From Cycas panzhihuaensis (Eukaryota; Plantae; Cycadophyta), in assembly GCA_023213395.1 (NCBI GenBank), contig CM041465.1, forward strand, positions 3,906,001-3,970,000: 64,000 bases of DNA, written 5' to 3'. Under the pieces are notes generated by a model, which ran no database searches, had not been told where the DNA came from, and worked only from the letters and a program-made list of their open reading frames with translations. Every line of letters begins with the position of its first letter. The stretch's first letter is position 1. A program made the translations under genes and the position numbers. Shown in pieces: positions 25,325 to 37,376 of this stretch.

Positions 25325-28300
25325 TATAACATTCCTAAAATAAAAGAAGATGTCAATTTTTTATATGAAGAATTTATTATATTGAAGTTGGTTTTTGGAA
25401 GAATTAAAGGAAGAATCATTTAATTTATTTTATTATGAAGTCAATTTTTTGGAGAGAAAATTAAGAAGTTGGATATAAATGAAGAAGTCCCCCCTTATTT
25501 GAAAATAATCTTAGAGAATTTCTATTATGAAGGGATAATGGCTTCATGCCATTAAGGCCTCATGCTTATTTAGAGGATTACTCTTGCCTCAAAGAGGGTT
25601 CATCAAGCTATTTGATATTTTGTATTAGGTGCTATTATTTTATTGATATTATCACATTATTTATCTATGCTATTGTCATCTCTATTGAATGTTATTTATG
25701 AGGTTTTACTACTACAATTATATCATATCTACTATAAATATATGAAATCTACTACTGTGAAGTGTTGTGATCTGCTTTGAGAATATCTTCATTATTAGAA
25801 ATAGAGCCTTTGTCTATTGTATTATTTTTGGCCCACTACAAATGGTATCAAAGATACATGAAAAGAAAATCTAGAGTTTGAAGCAGAAAATTAAAGCCTA
25901 ATAAGAAACCACAACCTGCATTTTATCAAGATCTGTTCAAAAATCAGAGCCATGTAAAACTAAATTTAGGGGTTATAATAGAAAATCAAAGCTAGGTTCA
26001 CTAGTTTAATCAACATATATGTAATATCCTGATTGGAAGTTATTGCCTATGATTTTCTATTTGTTAGATTAATATCTTGTGATTGTCAACAATCGTCGTT
26101 CATTCTATTGGTTGTAGAAAAGATTGATCCTGTTGCACTATTATACATCACTAATCCCTACCTACCTACATTATGCCCTTGGTGACTATGAGTTCTATTA
26201 CAAGGTGGCGTCAAAATAAGCAAAAAATCTTAGCTTTTGTCTTATCATCTCTACCTTGCATTGCTCTCCACAAAATTCATTTTTGTTTTATGTGAGAATT
26301 TCGTTAATTAATGTCTTTTCTATTTGGCCCAATAGAGATATTTACACATTATAACTTTATCTTGAGAGAGAAAAACATAAGAAATTAGGCATAAAGTTAC
26401 ATGGAAAAGTTGTAACCTTGACCAAGCAAAGGGGATTGTGACTCACTAATAGTATACCAATGTTGCAAAGGTGATTACAAAGAGTGTAGAGCATCAAGAA
26501 CCTTTATTGCAAAAGAAAATGAATGGTAAGTTAGAAAAATAATTATACTAGCATGAGACCTTATATTGCAGATCATTGAACAATGATATAAAGATCATCA
26601 AATAGTGATATGTAGACAACAACATATATGTAATTTAGATAATAACTCAAGTGATTTATTATTGCTAAATGAAAGTCATCCAAATATAACCCTACTTCCA
26701 TCCTTGAAGTATCAACAACCTTCATCAGAGATCAGAAGGCCATCATGGAGTCTAGTGCCTTAATTTGATGAAGTGAAGAATTTCATGCAAGGGTGATTGT
26801 ATCATTTTTTTTCTCGATATGCCACGAGCTTAATATCAAATATTGAAGAATTTCATACAATGTACCTACATGATTTTTTGATATAGGGAGAGTTTATTTT
26901 TCTTATGGTTTTTATATATTTAATCAAATTGGATTTAAGGTACAAGTTTATTATCATTTAGGTCATGTGGATATCTTCATATGACCATGGGTTTAAGTGA
27001 AATAGGGTTTAAACCTTTTTATTTTTTCTAAGTTTATTTTCTAAAAGGGTACTAGATGTCTTTGTCCATATCTCCTACTATAAGTATCAGATGGTAGTGC
27101 CATCTAAACCATTAGCTTCCTGGCTCTAGACATTCATAACAAGTGGTCATATGTAATAGTTTTGACTAGTAAATAGTATAGATTTTAATCATCAAAGTAT
27201 AGATTTTATTGAGGAAAATTTGAGACAATTTTTTTTAATTTAGAGGATTATGAAGACATGAAAAAATGGATATAAGACTTCGAGTTCATGTCTGATATAG
27301 GAATTAAAGAGTATGGACCATTATTTGGAATGATATTAAATGAACAAGCTTATGATTGGTTCATTAATTGGGCTAAATAACCTTTCCTATAGTACCAATT
27401 TTTAGATGCAATTATTACAACTTTTAAGAGATATAAGCAAGATAAGATTCAAGCATATGAGGAAGGACAAGAAGAAGATATTGTTAATGAGGAGACCTTA
27501 GAGACTTTTCAAGACCTAGAATAAGATCTAGCATAGAGAAAATAATAGGACAACTCAAAGCAGGCATGAGTGATGGAAGAATTCCAAGTCAATATTAGAG
27601 AGAAAATAGAAAGTGAAGTTACATAAGAGCAACAAAAAGATAATGAAGAACAAGTAGATTTTTCTCAATAAATTTTATGCAAGGTACTCATGAATCTTTT
27701 ATTGCACATGCACATTTTATTTGGTAGTTTTATGTGTCCTCTCTCTATCCCTAGTTCAATAGTAGTAGCAAAGCTTCTTCTCCTCAACCCATAGTTAGTC
27801 ATGCTCTTAATCCCTTTAACTTTAACTTTTTCATAGGTCAAATCCCAATTTCTCTCTGTAACCCTAGTTCATTTCTTTACTTACCTACTCCTTCACCCCC
27901 TATAGTCCATCCTCAGTAGGATACTCCACAACTCTAATCTATTCACTAGGATTCATCCCTTAGTATTATCCCTTATAAAACCCATTTTGACTTTTCCCAA
28001 AACCCTTTAATTTCATATTATCAATACTATTTTTTTCCATTAAAACTTGTCTCTTATCTGAATATCATCCCTAAAAATTTATTAAAATCTTTTTTTTCTT
28101 AAAAAAGGTCTATCATTAATTCCCTAGGATCCTTCCATTTAGAACAAGACACAACATGTACTTGGTCCCATGAACAAACTTAAAAAAACTTAAGATGGCT
28201 ACCAGTAAAATCTAATAGAAGATGCAAGATCAAGTTAGATCATTATGACATATAGGATCTAACAGGTGGTGGTTGGAAGATCAGACCAAGCTACAATAAA

Positions 28301-28821
28301 TTCTTAATACTTTTAGGGTAAAGTATTATTTCAAGGGGAGGGTAATTGTAGCATTCCTAAAATAAAAGAAGAAGACAATTTTTTATATGGAGAATTTATT
28401 ATGGTGAAGTCAGTTTTTGGAAGAATTAAAAGAAGAATCATTTAATTTATGTTATTATGAAGTCAATTTTTTGGAAGAAAAATTAAGAAGTTGGCTATAA
28501 ATAAAGAAGCCCCCCTCATTTGAAAATTATCTTGGAGAATTTTTGTCATTAGGGCCTCATGCTTGCCTCAAAGAAGTTTAATCAAGTTACTAGATATTTT
28601 GTATTAGGTGTTATTACTTTATTGATATCATCACATATTATTTATCTATGCTATTGTTATCTCTATTGAATGTTATTTATGAGGTTTTACTACTGTAATT
28701 ATATTATATCTATTGTAAATATATGAAATCTACTACTGTGAAGTGTTGTGATCTACTTTGATTATATCTTCATTATTGGAAATAGAGCCTCTGTCTATTG
28801 TATTGTTTTTGGCCTACTATA
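25325..28821 (+). mobile_element. Non-autonomous gypsy (chromovirus-type termini) nested in the integrase of the Tat-like element
   Basis: LTRs 25325-25840 and 28347-28821. PBS TGGTATCAAAG 25843-25853. PPT AAGGGGAGGGTAA 28333-28345. TSD GTCTC/ATCTC. Only a faint gag-like remnant at ~27240-27680. The host integrase resumes after 28821. Confidence 0.9.
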
Positions 28822-29779
28822 ATCTCCTAGTTGTTGAAGCTCTTGATGAAAAGCACCTCATTATATATCAATAGGACCTTACTTATAAGGCCAAAGCCAA
28901 GACAGCCCATGATAAGCATCTTAATCCTTAGAAGTTTTCCCTAAGGGACAAGGTCCTTAAGCTTGACTATCTATATGATTGATTGCTAAAACTCATGCCT
29001 AAGTAGATTGGACCATTCATGGTTTTAGAAAGCTTTTCAAATAAAGCATATCAAATAGCTATGCTAAAGGGCCTTGAATTTGAGAAATCTATTAATAGAC
29101 AATTTCTTAAAAAAATACAACATGACTATACATGGTATATCACAATGAGTATAAACTAGTTATACTTTATAATGAGTCCAAACTAAGTATCTCTATGAGC
29201 TTGAAATACAACATCCCTCCAAGCCATATGTAATTAATAAAAATAGAATGTAGGTCACTGACTCTACTAGGTTACCTTAAAAATTCCCTCTCAGTATTTA
29301 ATCATTGATGAAGTTAAACTAGGATGAACAATTTCATCCAAAATAGGTTTCACATCCCTTATAAGATGATTTGCCTCATGAAGTTATATCCCTTACTTAC
29401 ATTACTCTATTACAAGCCTTACAGGCCTTTTTAGGTATCCTCTAAAGGGAGCACTACACTCCTCCATATGTCTAAACTAGAACCTACACTCTGCCATAAA
29501 TATAAACTACCATGTGAATGTATATCTCAAAATAAAACTTAAGAAACTTAAAAAATATGTTGTCTCTAAAAAGAGGAAATTATTTTCATATCATTCCATT
29601 TTTATATAGTGTTGTGTGTATATTAGAAATAGTTCATAAACTACATAAAATGTGCATGCATTTTGTAAACTATAAAACACATAAAATCAATGAGATAGAA
29701 ACTATAATACTCGAAAGCTTAAATGAATGTTTCATATACATAAATACCTAATAATGATATAATATGTCACATTAAGGGA

Positions 29780-31681
29780 ACTTGCAATTTTGTGAGGGTG
29801 TAGAAACAAGCTCAAGCAAGCTATATAATTAGTCTCCCCAACCCTCACAAAGTTAGCTTACCTCTCCCAAAAGAATATAATATATGAGTGATAAGAACCC
29901 CTCTCATGCTTACTCCTTTATGGATGTGTTTGATCTCTGCATAAGGCTCCAAGCCTATGGCCTTCTTAATGACCTAGATCAAGAGGCCTCATTCCTACTG
30001 TATTGCTACTCTCCCCTCTACTTAATTGTCATTATGTAGATCCTCATATGACTATGTGGGGAACTTACCATACTTAATTGTATGAGTCACCTATATGCTA
30101 CTACTACATCATCTCTCTTCTTGATTAGGCATTCCTTCTATATGGAGAGGCTTTAGACTATCACCTATAGGGAGGTAACTTGTATCTATAAGATTGAAAT
30201 CTAGACCTTGACACTTGGGATGACCTATATAAGAGGAACAACCATAGGTACCACTATTACCTAAGGTGCATACCCTACTTGCACCATCATCTATACCATC
30301 GTGACCTCTTGTTATATAATGGTAGCATCTCTCTGGGCTATTGTTACCTACAACTTACTCCTCCCAACTCCCCAAATATCTAGGGCCATCACTACTAGTG
30401 TAAACAAAAGTGCGTGAGGATGTTCAACCATTAACACCCCCTATATTAACCATGGGAGTCTAGTCCTTTGCATAAACCATGGGCAGTAGTGATTCCAATG
30501 CCTAATGAGTGAGGTTAAGGGTAAATCTCTCAACCCTTATAACCATATGTAAACAAAATAAGATTAGTATCAATGGATATAATCAAATGATTAAATGATA
30601 AACTCAAAATTAAAGATACATAAAAGAAATAGGTGGGGACGAGAGAATACCATCATCATTATGCTTGCCCTCACCACCATCATTATCATTACTCTAACTA
30701 GGGCCATCTCCCTAATCTACACCTGATTGTATGGCCCTTTATAGGGCCCATCATAACTATGTGTTTCTCTCCATTAGCCCCTACTTGTCCCTCTATAATA
30801 GGGATTATTGCAACTACCTATTCCTCTCCATCTCCATCCACCACCTCTACTAATACATCCTCTATGCCAAATACCTAACAAACGGTGATATAAGGGTAAG
30901 CAATGAATCTATCCATCTTTACTACCCTTAGTGTCTCAATGAATATAGTCCTACTAATAATCTCTCCAAGTTTGAGCCTCTTGAATCATAAAGACCATTT
31001 GTGAACTTATAAGGCACCTGCATCTATATGTTGTGGTAGCCCTAAAAGTGGTAAAAAGACCATCATTCTATTAGTGCATAATACAATAGCCCTCCATGTC
31101 TTATCAATCAAATATGGTCCAATTAGGCCCTTACGTATGGCCATTATTAATGAGGCCCATTCTAATATCTCCACTACCTCACATCACCTCATTGTATCCA
31201 TCCATCTTCCTATGAACTTAGTGAAGTTTTAGCAATGAGTGATCCAAAATATGATGGTACATATGATTAATTTTTCACTAGTAGAATAGGAGCACCTAAT
31301 AATCGACCCAAGTTACCCCACATTGATCATACTAACCTCCCCAATAGAAGAACTTAGCTATTATGATGTGGGATCAATTGATATTAGAAAATGGTCCTAT
31401 CTCTAGTAGGATTCTATAATACAGTACCTTAAGAATCGTCCTCACATCTTGATAAGTAATATGAAGACCACCAACCAGTGGAGGGTGAAAGATTTGCCAT
31501 ATCTAATCCTATATCTCCATAATATCAATCAATAGGAGTTGGTTAGATACATTATCATAACATCACTAAGAATAATAACCCATAATAGCTCAATATCTCT
31601 TTAGGTATTATCATCTAAGTCCTTAACATAGGCAAGCATGATCCCCCTAGCATTTTTGTAGTTTGCAACTATGACTACACT
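29780..31681 (-). pseudogene. Antisense accessory gene, aminotransferase-like Plant Mobile Domain (PMD) with G/R/E-rich C-terminus, decayed
   Basis: Minus strand 31547-31422 reads SNQLLLIDIMEI*D*IWQIFHPPLVGGLHITYQDVRTILKV, resembling the PMD motif LxxALVERWxxETHTFHLPxGEMTITLxDVxxILGL. A TTTTAG acceptor lies at 31682-31687. Confidence 0.72.
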
Positions 31682-32573
31682 CTAAAATATATAAAAAATC
31701 AAAGTTAGAATGTCAGTAAGATATCTATACATGAAAAAAATTCTTGAATTAAAAAAATAAAAATCTCAAAAATAAGTTTTTATCCCATTTCAACCTATAC
31801 TATAAAGAAACTTATTTATGTCATGAGATAGGATTATATAGAACTTATACTATGAGGATACTTCATGATATTATGATTTTTTATAATTTTGTAGTATCAC
31901 AACATTCTTCATGGTACCATTGATACCATAAAATTATTCATGGTATCGTGGTCTTCTCATAGATCAAGATACCATAAAGTTTATCATGATACCATGATAA
32001 ACTTCATGGTACCACAATCCATGAAAAAATCTATCCTGCCAAGAATCTCACAAAAACAAAAATGATAAAAGCTTAAAATTTGAGCATCAAATCAAAATTT
32101 TGATTTAAAGAAAATGACCAATGCATTAAAACACCCTAACCTATCCACTATCAAGGGTTTGATTAAACCCCATTTGGCAAAAATAATGATTTCAGTGCAA
32201 GCCCAAAAAATTAACAAAAATAAAAAAACTAGAAATTAAAATTATCTATAGATTTAGGCCTACTAGATTGAGTCCTTATTGGACTAATTTACTACTACGA
32301 TCATGATGAATCTAAAATCTTATCAAATGGAGTTTTTATATACCTACAATCTCTTCTAAAACACAATGGGAAGTTAGAAAGGTTTTGTTAATTTTTAATT
32401 GTTAAATATGAAAATAAATATAAAATAATCTAAAAACTTATTTTTATAATGGTCAAAACTAGACTTCTACATGTCAAAAATTGCCCCTATAAGATCCATT
32501 AAGCCTTATTATTTGTTATCTTCCCCCTTAGAGGTTAATTTCTACCATTGTTATGGTCAGTTATTAGTGCACC

Positions 32574-34100
32574 TATTAGAATATTAATGTTCTATCATAT
32601 GTTTTTGCTAGGGGTATCTTATACGTAATTAAAGGTTGTGTGTCATGACTCCTCTTTTGATTAAGAATATCACTTAGTATACATGTACTAGGCCTTTATA
32701 TAAATCAGTTGTATTTATATGAGAGGAAAACTCTCACCCATCAACCAAGTAAGATCGTTCTCTTTTGAAATTTAGTCTTTTCTTTAACATGGTATTATAG
32801 CAAGTATGATAGGGATATTAAATATCAATTCTTTTAGGAGGAGGAGAAATCTAAATAAGAAGGAGATTAAGGCTTAAAACAAAGTTTTTTCAGGGAAGAT
32901 AACTCTAGAAGACCTAGTATACAACTCATGTATGGATTTATACAACCTTATATGACCAAAATTTAAAGTACTTAGATTGCCATAATATTTTACCAACAAA
33001 AATATTCTATTGAGCAGAGTTTATTCTCCTAAAGACTTGACTACAAATTTAGAATTTGTAAGTAGGAAATCATAGAAAAGTAAGGATGTAGGTTTGGAAT
33101 TTCTTCTACTATTTCCTCTCATTTTTTTACAATTTTAGTTAATATAATTAGTCTTGAAATATTCCTTAGGGCATAAGCTTTCTATCAAGTATAAGTTTGA
33201 TGAGAGATATAGAGAAATTTTCAAGTTATAAATAAAAATATAGTTTAAACTTTAGTCACCCATTTCACCCTTTTTCTCTCAAATGAAAAGCCCATGTTTT
33301 TTTTTTTTATATATTCCAGTAGGTAGTGAAGAGATCTAGTTTTAAGGGGGTCTTTTCTAAATTTTTTATAACTATACTTTTTCTATACAATCATATAGTC
33401 ATATAGTCTTGACTTGTTATGGTGAAAACAAAAAAAAAGTGTTTTGCAACTATTTTTATTATTTCTTATAAAATGGCCCCTATTTAGTCATTAGGAGAGT
33501 TAGATAAATTAATTGGACAAATAGCTTAGAGAATTAAAATGAAGGTTCCTTTTGTTATTAAGAATGTCTAGGATATAGTCACTAAAAAGAAAAAATCAGT
33601 TGCCATAGATACTGTAAAGCTTGTTAGTTAGAAGGAAAGAGATAAACATGCATTTGTAATCATTATATTATCTATAAGTGATTCTATTTTAACTTATATA
33701 AGCAAATCATCCTACTTAATTAAAACCTAGAAGATCCTTATAGCCTTATACAGTCAAAAAAATAAAACCTATATTATTACCTTTAAAGAACATCTATAAA
33801 GGCACCATTTAAAGGAGGATGAACAAGTTTATGATTTTATTACTAAATTGGTAGAAATTAAAGACAATCTCACATCTATAGGTGAGCCTATATTAGACAT
33901 AGAAATTGTTCATTTAGTACTTAATAAATTACCTAAGTTGTTTGACATTCTAGTAAACATACTTACTATAATAGAACAAGCTCATAATTTATCATATGAT
34001 ACCTTATATGGACATCATCTTTATGAAGAGAAAAGGATACGAAGGTATGACGAAGAAACTAAAGTTGAAGAAGTATATCTCTCTAGACTTAGGATAAGAG
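32574..34100 (+). mobile_element. Copia 5' fragment (216-bp LTR 32574-32789, PBS 32790-32801, gag from ~33473)
   Basis: TATTAGAA...TTTAACA-TGGTATTATAGC; gag KLVEIKDNLTSIGEPILDIEIVHLVLNKLPKLF. Confidence 0.85.
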
Positions 34101-37100
34101 AATGAAATACATCACATCAAGGGAGCTTGTACTTTTATGAGGATGTACAAATAAGCTTAAGTAAGCTATATAATAAGTCTCCCTAACCCTCATAAAGTTG
34201 GCTTGATCTCCCACAAGAATAATATACAAGTGGTAAGAACCCCTCTCATGGTCACTTCACTCCTTTGAAGATATATCTAAACTTTGCCTAAGGTTCTAAT
34301 CTTGTAGCCTTCTTGATAACCAATCTTGATAGGCCTCATCCCTCCCCTGTTACTACTCCCCCCTGTACCCAATTATCACTATGCAGATCCTCCTATGGCT
34401 ATGTGAGGATCCCACCACACCCAACTCTATGAGTTACCTATGTACTACTACTACATCATCTCTTTCCTTGATTAGGCATTCTTTCTCTATGGAGAGGCTC
34501 TTAATTATTGCCTATAGAGAGGTAACTTATGTGTATAATATTGGAATATAAACCTTGACACTTTGGATGACCTATATAGGAGGAACAATCATAGGTACCA
34601 CTATTACCTGAGGTCCCTACTCTACCTACACTACCATCTATACCATTTTGGCCTCTTACTATGTAATGGTAGTATCTCTTTAGGTTATTATTACGTACAA
34701 TTTACTCCTCTTAACTCCCTAAATATCTAGGTCCCTTATTACCAATGTAGACATTGTTGTATGAGTGTGCACAACCATTAACACTCCTATATCAACCATG
34801 GGAATTTGGCCCTCTGCATAAACCATGGGTAATAACGATTCCAATGCCTAATGAGTGAGGTTAAGGGTAAATCTTTCAATCCTTATAATCATAGATAAAT
34901 AAAATAAGATCAGTCTCAATAGATATAATCAAATGCTCAAATGATAAACTCAAAATCAAAGATTCATAAAACAAGTAGGTAGGGATGACAAAATACCATT
35001 AGCACCACGTTTGCCCTTACCATTGTTATTATTGTTTCCCTAACTAGGGCTATCTCCCCAACTTATACCTTATTGTATAGCCCTCTATGGGACCAATCAT
35101 ATCTATGTGATTCTCTCCATTAGCCCCTACCTATCCCTCTACAATAGGGCTTGTCTATTGAAACAACAATAATAATGTATTTTATTGTAAACCAATGTAT
35201 TTCATAATTTAATGAAATTAACTAAGGTGTTATCTCCATCTATTACACTGAACTATGTAACACATTAACAGCAATGTTGGTCTATAAATTGAAACTATTT
35301 ATCAACCATTGTATTACATTTTTATCTATGTGAAAGCTTTGGTTCTACAATGTGTATGGTGTAACAAATTTGCCCATCACATCTTTTAGCAATAAATTTG
35401 TAATGTTTTTTTATTCATTTTTAATCTTATCTTTATACAAATCCTTATGTAAATTACACATGTTATATTTTTTTATCCTAATATAAAATTCACATGGTAT
35501 TAGAGCTTCAAATATGTGTAAATCAAGGTTATTGCAATTAATTTTTACTCTATTTAATGAAAATGTGAGTTCATTTGGTGAAAACAACACATTCTTATCA
35601 TCATTTCTGCATTATTTTATAAATTTTACTAGTGCTAGTCTATTTGATTGAATTGTAGGTTATGTGTGTGATGTGCACCACTCCAAGATGCTACCCAAAT
35701 GTTTGTAAGCAATTCTTTAATAATATTTAAAGTTACATCATTAAAACGGCATCATCTCAGATCGTTCAACTTTCATTTTCCTTGTTTCAACATGATGTGA
35801 TTTTAAATCACTTCATATGTACTTCAATCTATCTTCTACTAGTTTGTAGTAGGTTTAAGAGGCCACATAGTTATCCTAGGATTATTTTTTATTCATTTCT
35901 AATAAGATTGAGGCTATGTTTGAATAGTCATTCCTCTTAGTTTTTGTACAATTCTATGATTGTTTTTAGAGCTTAAAAACTCAGAGTAAAGATCAAACTA
36001 GTTGTAAATTTATCCTCTCAATAGGCTAAAGATATTTTAATCCTATTCACACTTGAATTTTTTTAGAATGATCTACTTTCATCTTATTCTAGATCATTGT
36101 AGATGCTTAAAACCTATGTGGCTGCTATAAAGCATCATCTGATGCAATTTTGACTTTTTTTTTAATAAAGTTTTACTTAAATTTAATGAAATTTGATAAT
36201 AAAATCAAATCCATAAAAGGGGCTTAATGATATGATCATGTTGATATCATATGATCAAATTTATAATTTTAAAGTGGAAGACTTCAAAGTGAAATAAATT
36301 ACTTTTAATCTTTTTTACATAATAAAAAAGATTAAATCATATTTAAATGTTTTTTTAGATCTATTAGCTCCTCAGATAATCAACCTCTGGTTATATGAAC
36401 TTATTCTATGACCAAGGGCTATTTCAAAAGGGAGCTTAAATCAAATCCCCAGTATTTCACCTTAAAAAAGAGGTTATTATAATATTTTTTGTATAACTTT
36501 ATAATAGAAGGTCAGATTTAAACAACATTTAAACCATTGGAATCTTGATTCAGAGCTCTACAATTTAGAGCTAGTTCAAGCCTTTTTTGAGCAAATCTTC
36601 ATGGGTTAAAAACTTCCAAAATAGACCCTTTTATTTGAGCCATAATAGATATTTTCTCTCTAATTAAAGGTTTATTTTTTATTTTATGAGGCTTTTAATA
36701 GTTGAATGATGATTATTTACATATGTTTTACTATCCTATCTACATTTTTACTGACTTTTGTATGTGCATTATGGTTGTAGGTGCCATTCTTGGATAAAGG
36801 AGGTTGAATTCCTCTCAAATATAAAATCAACTATAGAGCATCCTAAACCCTTTATTTTTCTTTTAATTATTTCATTTATTTTAAGTATTTTATATTCATT
36901 ATCATAAAAGAAACCCTCCTTATTTAAATAAGATCATATTTTTCAAAAAGAATTTTAATTCAAAAGATTAAAAAAAATAATCTTGAATAAAAATAAAACT
37001 ATTTGCTAGCCTTGTAAGGGGAATAGGTAGGACCCTTAAAGTTACCACTCTATACATGTCATTGGCTCTTCTCAAATTCTGTAGATATTAGAGAAGTCCA

Positions 37101-37376
37101 TTGGCTATAAGGTGTATCAAGTGGTAGGTTGAGGTATGAAAACTTTACCTTGGAGTTCAAAAACTAGGCTAAATATAGAGTGGGTGAATGCTTGGTTTAT
37201 AGTCCTTAGCTAGATCTATGATTAGGCATAAATTTAGTATAGGTGGATCAATAAAATAAGGGGGTCTTTTACCTTCTTAGTAGCCAATGTACTAAGGTAT
37301 ATAAAGTCTAAAGATCATATATTGTATTGAGGTATATAAAGCCTAAAGCCCATATACCAATGTATAGTGTCACTAT

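Larger units (their letters stand above)
22300..32573 (+). mobile_element. Decayed Ty3/gypsy element, Tat-like non-chromovirus pol (~22400-25324 and 28822-29125), followed by a 3' region with an antisense PMD-like gene
   Basis: RT start EFKDKFSWDYIDMKGID..IITHNL; PKDNFPLP; MDGF.DYN; RNase H (LGVMLAQED...LNYILIEKECLALTFSIKKLRHCLL); integrase zinc finger and core; C-terminal IGPFMV. Order PR-RT-RH-INT. No LTRs were located. Confidence 0.85.
29753..34100. repeat. Copy A of an old ~4.3-kb tandem duplication (PMD region plus nested copia 5' end)
   Basis: Colinear with 34101-35155 plus 47200-49775, including the same copia insertion junction (gtgcacc|tattagaatattaa). Confidence 0.9.
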
